IMG/VR virus record: IMGVR_UViG_3300021400_000397 | Direction: 5' to 3' (one strand) | Length of the DNA stretch: 64,000 nt | Source: an uncultured virus (IMG/VR IMGVR_UViG_3300021400_000397) | Lineage: Duplodnaviria; Heunggongvirae; Uroviricota; Caudoviricetes | Shown: piece after piece, positions 48,901-53,711 of the stretch | Numbering within the stretch: the first letter of the stretch is position 1 | Layout: every line of letters begins with the position of its first letter | Notes under the pieces: generated by a model | What the model saw: only the letters and a program-made list of their open reading frames with translations | Databases searched by the model: none | Told to the model about the DNA's origin: nothing | Program-made: the position numbers and the translations under genes

Positions 48901-51044
48901 AGGCGACCAACAAGATGTCGATACCGCTGCAGAAGGTGGTGGAGGCGTTCTTCGGGTCGACGAACGGGTCCAACTTCGGGAAGAAGTTCTCCGAGAAGTC
49001 CCTCACGGAGCGCTTCCTGACGACGAGCCTCGACCCGAACGAGAGCGCGCTCGCCAACTTCGTGACCGGGTTCGCGCCGTTCTCGGTGGCGTCCGTGGGC
49101 GGACACCCGGACACGGGCGTCCTCGGCATGGTGGGCCCGGTGAACCAGGGCACGTCCAAGACGCGGTCGCAGAAGGAGATCCGGAGGATCCTCACCGAGT
49201 TCGCGAGGAAGGACCAGTACGACGCATGGTCGTTCCCGGCCAACAGGAAGAAGCTGACCCAGCTGTGCACGCTCGTCATGAAGGAGGCGAGGATGAACGG
49301 ACTCGACCCCGACGAGCTGCTGACGTCCGCGCTCGGCCAGGTCACGTCGCAGGAGTACATCCGGCTCTTCGAGGCCCTCCCGCGCACGGCGAGGGACGGA
49401 GTGCACGCGAAGGAGGCCAAGGCGGCCCTGCGCGCCCTGTACCGCGTGAACCGCAAGCGCAGCGACATCCTCCAGTCCGTCAAGAAGAAGTACATGAACG
49501 CGGGCGTGGACTGGTCCCAGCAGAGGAACGCGGCCGTCCGCGCCGCCGTGAAGGAGTTCCTCGGCGAGACGCGGGCGGACCCGTGGCTGTCGGACGAGGC
49601 GGTCGACGAGATCTTCGAGAGGCACTTCGCCGAGCCGTCGTTCCAGGCGCTCCGCTCCGTCGACGTCCAGCAGGACCGCAAGGGCGGCGAGGCGCTCGCC
49701 AACTTCCTGGCGACCGACGACGTCCCGGAGACCCTGTTCGGCATCCCGGTCGTATCGAAGGACTACACGGAAGAAGACCTCGAGTTCTTCAAACGGAACC
49801 CGAAGGCCGCAGGCTTCTACGACCTCGGCGACGGCGGGGAGCCACCGGACGAGCCCCCGCCGGAGGAACCACCGCCGGACGAGCCCCCGCCGGAGGAACC
49901 ACCGCCGAACGAGCCCCCGCCCGTAATGGACGAAAAGGGCGGGGAGGCCTACACGGTCCCCTCGGACACCTTCGGCGCGGACGACTTCGACCCCAACGAG
50001 ATATGGAAGGGCGTGCTCGACCGCAAGGGAACGATGATGGACGGCCTGCGCGAGTTCTACGGGGACAAGACGGACGAAATCGTGAACCAGGCGGTGGCCG
50101 CGCGGATGAAGGCCGCCGGGTCCACGGTCGACGAGGCCCGCGCCTCCGTGCTGGACCCCCGGGCCATTCCGGTGGTGTTCGACCCGTCGCGGGAGTCCGG
50201 CCAGCAGTACGGCAACCTCCCGAACGACCCGGGGTCGTCGCCGTTCTCGAGGAGCGACCCGCTGCTCTACTCCGGCACAAAGGCCCCGGAGGGCAAAAAC
50301 CCGTACATGAACGACCGCGTGGCCGCCGTGTACACCCAGCTCCTCAAGAACCCGCGTCTGGGGACCACCGAGCTGATCGGGGAGGACCGCAGCCCGCAGG
50401 CCCTCAGGGACCTCGCCGTGGCGCGCGCCTACTCGCGCGCCTACGAGCTCATCAAGGCCTACGACGGAAAGGTCGCGGAGGGATCGGCCCGCCCGAACGG
50501 GTCCCCGCGCGTCCGCAGCCATGTGGACGGGTACAACACGTACGTAAACATCGCGAACACGAAGTCCCTGAACCACGAGATGGGCCACCACGCCGGAAAA
50601 CCGCGCGGGCACAGGGTAAACCCGGATGTGCGGGACAGCGTCGCGGCCCCGGAGAACTGGTACTACGTCTCCGACAACGCGGAGCTGTCCGCCGCAATGG
50701 CCTCGCTCCGGCGGTCCGTGTACAGGAGGTCCGGCGGAAAGGTGGACACAGCCGATCCGGAGCACCTCCGCGCAGTCCTACGCGAATACGCCGCGGAGAA
50801 CGCCAAGGACTACAAGGGCCCCAGGCACTACGACGGAAAGTGGCTGTCCAGCGACGCCAGGCAGTTCATGGACGCCTACTGGGCCCTCCGGGAGTCGGAC
50901 ACGAGGAAGCTCCCCGAGGGGTCTCCGTGGAAGACCCGCGGCGAACGCGCCGCGGAGGTCAACAAGATCGTAAAGGACCCTACGCGGACGGGCCAGGTCG
51001 TCGAGGTGGCCAGGCCCCGCAGGCGTGGAAAGGGGGTGGCGTGA
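27987..51044 (+). CDS. Giant (7685 aa) polyvalent virion protein with putative two-barrel RNA polymerase, zincin peptidase, ParB-like and RelA/SpoT-like domains
   Basis: Uninterrupted ORF with promoter and RBS; RRP (38373) ... ILPP ... GSDTDGD (38508-38528); HEYFH (42348); PILV...YTIVDG (43143-43193); RelA/SpoT-like motifs (43470-43850); HEMGH (50574). Confidence 0.85.
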   Translation: MPTFEPLRPRTTEPVDPFEDIENQAFQPLLPEQAPGGIHQPVVGNVGEPPASPLAGDLGALTPTEFAEPRDGARASALHRQGVNWAEDTSGEARPFQSRLGFYDLDYDTKGRRGVELGKGTDYIEAANVFGRQFTRAELEKDDEGRKLIKLMEAQRTGSHQEAGFWKGLTDWNLGNTPWLGWMMDLGSTVSETIAISKAMRKMQNGEAVSNHEAIAVRRFMLQQELESQRSTSYQIGSTIRASTPFVVEIMGATAMSAAAAKVGAWVGGAIAGIGSGGALAPVGAAVGGAIGAIGGFIFGGGAILSKALKGGGKKLATKMAENQILAGLAKKTFAEGITRAARKEAIGIAAGAVGKTTKEISKLALQAGQARAAEAVGRELAGKALGEAAVKNWTAEQFAAYAVKNASTKEMRKRAVFEASKWVGETFKDVADISMDAKLARTFLVNGDVVNMVEQGWVGTLEKAALSKVYGQAPKAEEGLFRGMVSYWKDRAAVRRGLDKLTDEDIAGLRKTFLTSMMDKAAGRPSAVNAVTASISESLGGAAVDRGYASKVAEHLVNNATRSFMLKYQGKGFVNGATRVARWVGDGILDGMLRWDTSIYHGAGTIARNGSVLGGKMLALKEAMKASFVEAPLRGAMQLGMQMPLWPVVSMATGNDAGDFVVRGQLGTQATALQTGDRELMDNARAIAIGSGLVEYISESSGRGFNIAAEGIAAPMLKNAPFLKATREVGSYMSRKLESVFGTQAMMKAANRDKLAGAVVSYLGAKAGEGVKLPGITKTQVAQLVAGVKNVANVPEVLRALGLKSEKELIKDAISSQFNLSRMRAGMTYFVAHNMLERGLTPQKMAAWLQRVGYDGVLAEMAEERYGGFFQGLLGLDDSPSDSTMRDRWAAAMRGLFPDPHQLLVEAVSFSFPAMTQLTMNSLYSHLGRGIVQETLDDAKVVSMHHSLTPEITIPVMSAEGAKAYADYHAGAQALYEKATVGEGGEEKAWNDVLGRSGTTAEADGEVVEGARAPTRAQAVKAAVADGSLKLNDKNKDISNPNVSDEEMEALLREKAQRIIDLSNNEEDLNKQLADHQAEEVFGKDGVEAIRRLKRKDPGYMDAAKQAALGEGSEYAEFVKNAPAIELKEDADADSVAAEITAALPFVSNDSAMTAEVRERLSARQGVEINKYSGDYVGEVAGSLGRLGDKWIDFKYQLGKDHWWGRRALMRVTGILDAVTTGRLELAARNPVQWAMEEAQLPRQLMNAVGQLRERSIQEGREIWLRRKFGGDYLSAEAAQKIRSTPLADASADMLAEFRKAGEESYQTSLREYAQMFLTARNVVAVSRGDIEDAALRVVAHRHRDEVGGRVVYRYGDKTTDDFRSAEFRAAVAGEEMARAKSDIVKGLAQIAVSDAVAVNSHARFGNVNTTSITFSYDRAMRFGDNAEVVAAIRAMPAFRNMRAVYDVSDGGHVKDYALGRTVDVGELLDMRTDGQLEPADLRRVMFAMGRYYGEFTEAQNQQAAAQYLARLKLAVENSEPLSFEYRDGTTAEVQTSYGLDKDGNRVVTLTCNGVSVTGRTTLEATKLLEEARVAKPDGTFPEADVVDPATGLAVKKGGVLANWRQFAVLQNDSISSRDATSLVLLMHGSREKAREAYERFYGHKVDEALYPPQLRRVRRDGVDTWLYEDDEEAARGLAAELRSTDEGVRNAVRGTGKDGDAYAVGYERAAELMLERYGITRSKQDAAATDVYRGEASYSIRPNGIAFGDTIYLQSDYYSGGDAEMMLRSAFARAIFDAATKPGKAFDDPSAFVGILQEMDKAFSRAADECVAELEDRNPDMAQRVRDAMASLPSSPGRVDPARMAAIAAAVGVFSDERGLNEYGNGFLFGPELAYVADRARRSPWATLFLSAMDEALGGRGFFAESADPLQGLGRFLDAFAPSGRELMASRSSAMFTNGGEGAKKSGIVFQWYGVPKDISAAGLASGVAPVIDDTTLSNFTGVENDTVRGLLLKGVARHCREFGDAYRKAGGTPTTAEMYRMLKHALDSGGDTAGGEAKPSIGSGFGGVSIATDARVRQPLSSEVVPDDVAFGIGRNLQFLAPGASVGGVGGRAQALKARSTVRRFLFERGCYSSNAERIVAKFIDAAGAEGSDSASDAALDEEEWTSLADVLSEGSGNQDIFFDAKRANAAIENRDLMDLGRQWSYVYPSEGGAFTQVLARFSNEILRLAEKDGAADELKTLAGLFNVLRSRRSGRSGGSIAAATGVWNDSSRVAKDAKVTDALLARAVASLHASGHDELAFVLNGIRNIPADGKRRAQALALVGYMTPLDVNRVTVGDSGVGTIDTMGSASLAAVSSVRASMSHALSRLFPRVMDGRRTTPEELYRNISVLDNLLLLSGSEKFFERDKAGTPFAKKTIAEYEALLAGARAGADARAAFEKNPSDDAALVAFANALSSRMSAVADALDYVLGPGNELTYALRSPDVVGGVVRSVRNAKGDALKTAKERLLQLFDSCEESKVANSRCPLISHAVLNPAIAAIQRAVASKGGQPLRGGRQYADIKSHGLSAVDILNALSDDHIARLFSRGDPTPQGAPRSLWFRNKLPGGVVNSFMGRVFGLYAASAPRSVARMSGLREESLDASSQVTATPASEPVMMAAVEDRLLAPLGVLDGYLQRGGRFEDGSRLVTVTAGAKLEDGTIVDKAQLSVIVAAANIDRFVKGDVRNGYFEVYHGEKPSVYSISLPRDVMQKILDGIHSGADWAMNRVTRKMVEDGVLPKTIDAPDHRGELYDALFSVVAAAARCDQIESKRTQVLLAQGVPFSTHRDRMLRTVDGKVEEVSAAVSTMDGKAKVTPGLYCDIIVSGTDAAQNLGMYLNHGFLIESQRAQATNPASVSFKNHLIDWFGSALFKGQGHDFGLGMYETDAVPVSGTLAEACRVQRRRLEEVLGIKEGTLDLPDPEKPPTDEERAYRESAIGLVEEFLLSSTTLCTDTETLKSGAFSSRCGFKAEPGKPFTVKAGGKEIVFQLEEKDGQPPKLLMTVDGQKVRMFGRTMVTPEFKNGGAPLATMLPAVAFALGKKELSDEDVGSIEAEWLLPTGEATEAKALRDSGIFQSYGTEEGDKVSVVESASGGYRVRYFTRSMNAQVMANSDASAKPSSEHPAATNWARDVVANSGRVRQALPGQADFTWYATKALNVSRAVPYAILRSQPDFVRSLIESDPDLYAEWMAHPNSQEVQEQIVRRANTAYAKAMKAYVSSMHAVLMGSGIKATKTARRGDGTYDVEYSYSAGVTDYDKDCFRDARVLSQEEKEAFGVGRSYSSGQVNVQSASFRYGWHVKADADFSAVDAYAQGAGRETYEANLARLEQAYGDADEDVKRVASLAAYIEYFDGLRRGEEKEKAAKVLGSVFTDYTGKAVGENASCNLMKLSFSDLFLGQRYGGDRFDLAAFEFRGDTHGKKLDRNGNRTIYLGGAFFAGDRRPSGNFEAAGGLIRVQAPVLFDKATGKVDGHALYILPPLMNTTQGSDTDGDSATGTVMSGKGLTADDRRILDQIHDTVMARMKDMGADEWERTLRCEDLVHTLRTRFPDYFEEETDEDGVRFVKPSERLHQLIGNVLLQEEIDNYRLMPNETQGAYGTMDVNKAASSRTIYDFGLVGRSPVGTQAVSDDIDIQVGGAASAMAAGVLGVSEDSLAGKSYYKVFKKCIDKLSLQTMPKLDLLNPRVAAYLSGAAADANGARGVMVSLQAALEHLKGYADVDPRIRALAPALFEDRDGYRPAEDFIGHLDKISNALFDVVKDLFAPRAGWQKGLLNCLMAKLLSDANAEYRSWSDGGRKGTGPQWDDEWFFTELIGFAKDLHSSDASLPALVAKGNAFYDHGAEDAFLPGQPRQTLLGAYNTMILGRKDCVAKTAFLGMYMVRDGRLDLTSFGRPKDVSRQYRLRSGLNVRDDARGEMVPAHGADVQKGIAGLMSSIARALRMRESDFADAEARKRAIGLGWRPATDFMDEGTANAIADVMEGKVDGRTAVRDRATKIAVGMRLLAASDLPSALAEAQRDLRALQALNDVMEAEDGLSPDAALRNGGSKAMGHLGKMERARQAGAAVANEMESVYLGSKLRFEDIASGRDPLASDRSVRGDLDAIEGSPSDWSSYLSRTGQKPMSAADSRGNPANDEALLFMAASLFADDYADTGVVQANRLNLSHLLGCVHAGVQKFGGAQYSGLVNGMYGRFAAALNTLVEEALNHGTASGMSQNVVDMLTMLRPNVRRNTVDLVLRASPDAARVLRTGFQELEANQNAVGGGFSGAGLAACIKLSMCANSQFDPARDSNVRANVSAMFGEEVDEWERWGAAVPQNPVLRQLCRVPRTRDNGYNLFAEADPLKYDPSVARKVAAVSGMPEVTDKDLEDAATLSTPFAVLKYIAMTDYTSPHRLHDEAAEADPRFLPGGEQRRRVTSVYAEGESHVLRPQTSVPNVRFRGPSGEFQTVEEAVNDVMRERLASYASDKRMAAWLADPRNLTRSFNQARLSTRFADESDREMYAATGRAPRGAVRKVPLSFDNVIDEVLERAWSDYGEQFAEWARSAAFDGGETFSEIASPLMRGRLKAFVQAHAETALESPSIGSGSLDPSFAVQRMKRGGLFDFLEGKHPEDRDRFIHDPEANIRGALEAVFGDWSKETGCKVERVTGEGGVPMNLIRVTRKVKDARETHEVTTYISYGDYLSMKANNANYNQAILNAINERANRKMTMGELMSLTEEERVAMANAAGLRVKGESVAAEKCLGTKALMALTGLVRLSDVSDYHTLFHEYFHQMLDFYRKTGVCTAEDEAALLKKYRTADGRFDEEAAADAFANYVTGDSARSLRGRPLAAGFGGDEDRVFAKFKRTAQAYLAGLMAYDSRGVPAFMKMVISGDFSKRDMKDMQDFDDAQRERLEKALLGEEVDFGAPNRWESVDGQLKDDGYALANALAVYRDGLVDVDQVKAVARKFVEDGRKPENRVTFDAIMGYRLTQAEPRGVEPYSPDEVFTAAAPDTLDVPVTSLRTYKTEPESSLANARTRMDDARAGRGPKRGPILVVANADGTYTIVDGTSTATTLASTGSPTARVRILGVARSSRISDSLYLVKNETPGADKDGVLRSHGAGRDAGSLDQHYRNAEENAPILKDIAEKTAKDVGGKALHRKSLKKRARVEEKAKEYGGDYSRVIDLIGSTVTLPGSAYIPDVLAALRRRLAETGLGEVTRVKTLAKVHKDLTGIVGVEKQGEIEGYWDVKVSIRFRNGGIGELILVDGNVLDAKNNRGGHDLYDYQRVLEAAMQRGDGWEHLGDLATLLSGMEHAVYSHGTPAAMQYQGDYLEKLRKEALAELEAYLAEQKGAGEGPLTDEFVNELRGLLTSSDALKTPELPAADAATPHELDATPGPATDGADTGPTLAQRLSDPATPVGDRVSLLFKEALKRLGDGTSESADLTAAMNRFRDLSDVGGAAGPDFDLATYTARRALNHVCEMLGVNIWNYAEDGTKSLNDLGRQLMSDEKISGFVVRLVHEYSVKRAEENAYETPAGVGSPAQFASADYVMGSMLAGVVPSKWTEFCRGRADTARDYFLKAAEDLEARAAAMRAKFAGDVPADAEEDAKRLELQAADARHRAQDVVRFTAAVMNGEPLKRLIPTMNMLQNRKGWTAKQEASNYYGYLLQYITGAARMERQADGSVKYVPGDAFGFSNATLDFSSRFVQEAIDAAAKALGVAQVVRRYVKENGVDQPAPGESVSIPTVPAGDGGAEAPLATPPAEGVMEPDLHPQLILQLPGSWQASDLQKQFYGGSFRDMMTDVSLNAAAEETNRLANRIDFYLAANCMPGESPNEIEEATSDLGIEDGLFTADEKNRHFARRVAGVRGYMLGLVNRAARTRGRPMTQEDVNLVHFVLQAAACAANGHDVYTGYDIPYVNRRILDQLLSDVGSAAELEAATREGPGHSGVYSPEAVFGRVYGHVSSAGRPSNLDQLLCRILEGVPRSVLGWEDMGMDGGYFRRDGVYCRLLEAFYITGRNRTEGVAVGDADFHQRVTALLMEAGLADKSAATGRVVLTIPVSEVKKAWESPWSYRQELIDNGGRRAELLDIDYIAEVVAAEANRLNKVAGRSRWLSDSAVGSALAGRAQGLWFEAGTGHHQAIVDHLKNARELFRGEVSPDERLRNAYGALQDTLRSHTREVTHRRLVPGPDGRLVEKPERVIEGNLPAFEKGRDGQLANISNRQLLYLGRLLGLGRRVANVNEFLNDILAGYYTKAHTSSIFGFDIRPDMTVFEFDRLVFDVISAHVATEAQHPDDPGHTPLTKAYDEGGCGYGHQDLVDVYYLHGQLQQKLMDDASADGAVRGRICSMSERDMFRTQGKLGSSKTATERLRSMAGSITHAERFRGCLAQMLTTVGTDGAPNFVVKPSEHAQDLMPDEFWQATSRFVLDRLRSVGDMVRYDSAKSGFENMREVAKAAAALARGKSKENARARYHMLPPNEIGAEMLFEEVWCADDSANDDVNVLSKFSNERLLHPNGSEAEGYMRQLFGSVTKPTVWAGHRVLDRVMSYSKAASVGLSAFFAVATRFESPVAACGFWNTAMGYRKGTAELARRLAKSKLGEALGFRKNLPYLADYLEAITSDDPYIQYMRELCDMINMPLTDSVMNPLTEKQGAIDADIDRISRWLLAEGHPRMARELRSAMKAAFHNPGEYAFSNVLNGVKMAVVAQTMFRLREECERAGRPFDPVRELRRHSAYINAEIGGIQPERYAFLTPGMQQLLRLGMFSYQWTLGAWVAGSGEVVSDLLFGGHHTNAATRQRAFIRWLRMLGVVKIGVPVFMQLAIKALATALVKSGIVGDPDDPDDKDPLGIDDMPWLCFFNESKVGSLAFDVTPITKLLGRSETLVDIKNKRGAYPFITSVAGAVAGAALTRRWWGALAGGFAGRNIGAVIPASEGVGRGANTTGRRRQYMHFGKQNDEFWRWFTDGWAQATNKMSIPLQKVVEAFFGSTNGSNFGKKFSEKSLTERFLTTSLDPNESALANFVTGFAPFSVASVGGHPDTGVLGMVGPVNQGTSKTRSQKEIRRILTEFARKDQYDAWSFPANRKKLTQLCTLVMKEARMNGLDPDELLTSALGQVTSQEYIRLFEALPRTARDGVHAKEAKAALRALYRVNRKRSDILQSVKKKYMNAGVDWSQQRNAAVRAAVKEFLGETRADPWLSDEAVDEIFERHFAEPSFQALRSVDVQQDRKGGEALANFLATDDVPETLFGIPVVSKDYTEEDLEFFKRNPKAAGFYDLGDGGEPPDEPPPEEPPPDEPPPEEPPPNEPPPVMDEKGGEAYTVPSDTFGADDFDPNEIWKGVLDRKGTMMDGLREFYGDKTDEIVNQAVAARMKAAGSTVDEARASVLDPRAIPVVFDPSRESGQQYGNLPNDPGSSPFSRSDPLLYSGTKAPEGKNPYMNDRVAAVYTQLLKNPRLGTTELIGEDRSPQALRDLAVARAYSRAYELIKAYDGKVAEGSARPNGSPRVRSHVDGYNTYVNIANTKSLNHEMGHHAGKPRGHRVNPDVRDSVAAPENWYYVSDNAELSAAMASLRRSVYRRSGGKVDTADPEHLRAVLREYAAENAKDYKGPRHYDGKWLSSDARQFMDAYWALRESDTRKLPEGSPWKTRGERAAEVNKIVKDPTRTGQVVEVARPRRRGKGVA
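49839..49921 (+). repeat. 30-bp tandem repeat encoding a Pro/Glu linker (DEPPPEEPPP)
   Basis: Directly visible. Confidence 0.85.
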
Positions 51045-51352
51045 TGCTCGGGTTCCTGGGGAGCCTCTGGAAGAAGAGGAAGGTCAACCGCACGCAGTCC
51101 GCCGTCCTCGGCGACTGCGACGAGATGCTCATGTGCCTGCCGAGCGACACGGCGGCGTGGGTGGTCGCGAAGTTCAACGAGATGGGGGCGTCGATCCAGG
51201 CGAAGAACGCGGAGCTCGACCTCTCCAGGAAGCGCATACTGCTGCTGTCGCACGCGCTCGACGAGGTCACGGAGGCGGTCCGCCCGTATGTGCCGGACCT
51301 CGGGCTGGCGAAGAAGGTGTTCTCCATTTCAACAAACGCAGTCAGGGTATAG
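51044..51352 (+). CDS. Hypothetical protein (102 aa)
   Basis: TGATG coupling with the giant gene stop. Confidence 0.6.
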   Translation: MLGFLGSLWKKRKVNRTQSAVLGDCDEMLMCLPSDTAAWVVAKFNEMGASIQAKNAELDLSRKRILLLSHALDEVTEAVRPYVPDLGLAKKVFSISTNAVRV

Positions 51353-51361
51353 GAGGCTGGC

Positions 51362-53218
51362 ATGGCAAGGCACGAGATAAGGGCGGCGAAGCCGCGGCCG
51401 CAGGAACCGAGGGCGCAGATAAAGGCGGCCCCCACGCTGTACGACAAAATCCACCCCGTGGGGAGCGCGGAGCGGTTCCTCGACGACGCGGCCAAGGAGG
51501 CGCTCGCCTCCGCGGCGGCCGGGGGGCTGCCCACCCCCAAGCAGCTCATGCCCGCCGCCGTCAAGGCGATGATCAAGGAGACCGGCCGGTACCCGGATCC
51601 GCTCCTCGAGCGCATTGCGAGGCTCCCGGACAAGGAGCTGCTGGCGCGCGCGGCCAGGGCGGAGGCGTACCAGCGGGCCATGGAGGCCCAGAACGCCGCG
51701 GTCGACGCCCTGTCGGCCACCATGTCCCCCGTCGCCGACATCGCAAGGACCCAGGCTGCCGCCGCGATCGCCGTGCACCAGGACGCCAAGGGCGGCGATT
51801 CCGTTTCCGAAAACCCCGAAGCCGTTTCCGAAAACCCCGAAACCGTTTCCGAAAACCCCGAAACCGTTTCCAGGGGCCCGAGGATCGTGATCAACCCGAC
51901 GACCTTCGCCAACAAGAAGGACGCCCTGTGCGTCGCCTTCAACGAGGGCTTCCGCCTGTGGATGGAGTCGGCGGGGGTCGAGCCGCAGTCGGAGCCGACG
52001 GACGCGCAGCGCAGGTTCTTCTCCGACACGGCCTACGCGGACGACGAAGTGCAGCTCCGGCGCACGATCCTCGCGCGCATAGCGACGTTCGACACGTCGG
52101 TCAAGGACCCGACGGACGACCAGCTCTCCGAGACGGCCTCGTTCCTGAACGAGATCCTGGAGTCGGACTGGTGCAGGAACGACTGGGAGCGCGACTGCGT
52201 GGCGAGGCTCGCCAACGCCGTGCAGGCCGCCGTGGGGGCCGAGCCGGTCGAGCCGAGGCAGGAGCCCCTGGAGCCCAGGGAGCCCGAGCCCCTGCAGAAG
52301 CGCGCGGCGCTGGGCGCAGGCGAGACGGAGGACGACGAGGAGAAGAAAAACCCCGCGCCGGTCCCGCAGGACCAGGGGGGCGAGACCCAGGAAGGCGCGG
52401 AGACCACCCTGACGAGCGGGTCGGGGGCCGAGGTCCGGTACAACGAGGACGGCACGTTCGCGGGGCAGACAAACCCGGACGGGTCGTATTCCGTCGCCAG
52501 CGCCTCGGGGGACGTCGCGAACTACAACCCCGACGGGACCCTCCAGGGCGACAGGAGCCGGTTCGAGGCGGAGGGCACCACGGCGGCGGAGTCCGCGGTC
52601 GCGCGGGCGGACCGGCTGCTCGAAAAGCTGAAGGGCATAAAAGAGCAGGTCGACGCGGTCGACGCGAAGTACGGGATATCGGAACGCCTGGCCCCGGCCA
52701 GCGTAGCCGAGGACAAGCCGGCGGACGCCCCGGAGGGGCAGCCCGGAGACGGCGGAAGCGGCTACACCCCTCCGGCCGGGGTGGCCATAGTGGCCGTCCC
52801 CGCGGCGAAGAAGCCCGCCGCCGAGGCCCCGGCGCAGGACAACGGGCCCGCCGCCGGCACCGCGCAGACGGCGGCGCCCGCGGCAGCGGCGCCTGCGGCT
52901 GCGGCGGGGCGGCAGATCGGCGACATCGGCGCCAAGTCGTTCACCGACACGAAGCACATGAACGGCCCGTCCATACAGCCCGCGCAGCAGATCGGCGACG
53001 TCGGCGCGAAGTCGTTCACCGACACGAAGCACATGAACGGCCCGTCCATACAGCCCGCGCAGCAGATCGGCGACGTCGGCGCGAAGTCGTTCACCGACAC
53101 GCAGACGATGAACGGCCCGTCCATCGAACCGGCGCGCCCCATCGGGACCATCGACACGGCGGACGGCAGCGGCGGGTCCACGCTCCGGCGGAAGAAGAGG
53201 CGGCATAGCAGAATCTGA
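51362..53218 (+). CDS. 618-aa probable virion protein with internal repeats
   Basis: RBS AGGAGG; central globular domain (INP...NEGFRL...RTILARI) and low-complexity tails. Confidence 0.7.
   Translation: MARHEIRAAKPRPQEPRAQIKAAPTLYDKIHPVGSAERFLDDAAKEALASAAAGGLPTPKQLMPAAVKAMIKETGRYPDPLLERIARLPDKELLARAARAEAYQRAMEAQNAAVDALSATMSPVADIARTQAAAAIAVHQDAKGGDSVSENPEAVSENPETVSENPETVSRGPRIVINPTTFANKKDALCVAFNEGFRLWMESAGVEPQSEPTDAQRRFFSDTAYADDEVQLRRTILARIATFDTSVKDPTDDQLSETASFLNEILESDWCRNDWERDCVARLANAVQAAVGAEPVEPRQEPLEPREPEPLQKRAALGAGETEDDEEKKNPAPVPQDQGGETQEGAETTLTSGSGAEVRYNEDGTFAGQTNPDGSYSVASASGDVANYNPDGTLQGDRSRFEAEGTTAAESAVARADRLLEKLKGIKEQVDAVDAKYGISERLAPASVAEDKPADAPEGQPGDGGSGYTPPAGVAIVAVPAAKKPAAEAPAQDNGPAAGTAQTAAPAAAAPAAAAGRQIGDIGAKSFTDTKHMNGPSIQPAQQIGDVGAKSFTDTKHMNGPSIQPAQQIGDVGAKSFTDTQTMNGPSIEPARPIGTIDTADGSGGSTLRRKKRRHSRI
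51801..51870 (+). repeat. 21-bp tandem repeat x3 (VSENPE(A/T))
   Basis: CCGTTTCCGAAAACCCCGAA(G/A). Confidence 0.9.
52913..53137 (+). repeat. 75-bp tandem repeat x3 (QIGDVGAKSFTDTKHMNGPSIQPAQ)
   Basis: Units start at 52913, 52988 and 53063. Confidence 0.9.
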
Positions 53219-53254
53219 CGCCGGAGTCAAGCCAAAAACTTGTGTTTATTTTCC

Positions 53255-53284
53255 GGGAGACGCCTTGACGGCGCCTCCCTTTTT
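53255..53284 (+). terminator. Intrinsic terminator-like hairpin overlapping a possible promoter
   Basis: GGGAGACGCC-TTGAC-GGCGCCTCCC followed by TTTTT; TATAAT at 53286-53291. Confidence 0.55.
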
Positions 53285-53344
53285 CTATAATGGCCGCGTA
53301 TACCGGAGGGATGGTCCCTACGGCAAGCAGAAAGGAACGCAGCC

Positions 53345-53620
53345 ATGACTAAGGAACAGAAGATGATGGCCTGGCACTACGCCAAGGTACGCGAGGAGGC
53401 CGTCGACGTGCTCGCCGAGATCCTCGGGGAGAAGGTCGAGGACACGAAGGCCGGGGTGTGCAACGCCCTCGCCCTCGTGATGCACAAGTGCGATTCCAAG
53501 GACAAGTCGCGGGCGGTGCTCGCGGCGTCCTCGTGGATCTGGGGTGTGCACGAGGCAAACGCCCTCGAGGCGGAGGCCATCGACTCCGCGGAGACCGCGA
53601 AGACCGTAGCCGCCAAGTGA
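53345..53620 (+). CDS. Hypothetical protein (91 aa)
   Basis: RBS AAAGGA. Confidence 0.65.
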   Translation: MTKEQKMMAWHYAKVREEAVDVLAEILGEKVEDTKAGVCNALALVMHKCDSKDKSRAVLAASSWIWGVHEANALEAEAIDSAETAKTVAAK

Positions 53621-53711
53621 CGGCGAGCCCCGCGGGGCGCGGGGACGTCCGTCAGCGGACGCGCTCCGCGGGGCATACACGGTTCCGCAGACGGAGAAAG
53701 GAAGGCCAGAA

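Noticed and set aside
51801..53137. 21-bp and 75-bp repeats as a possible CRISPR array or iterons
   Set aside because: No unique spacers; unit lengths are multiples of three and lie in frame within a protein.
53265..53291. Counting this site in the 18-nt-spacer promoter set
   Set aside because: The spacer is only 15 nt and there is no TG extension; kept only as a terminator with a possible promoter.
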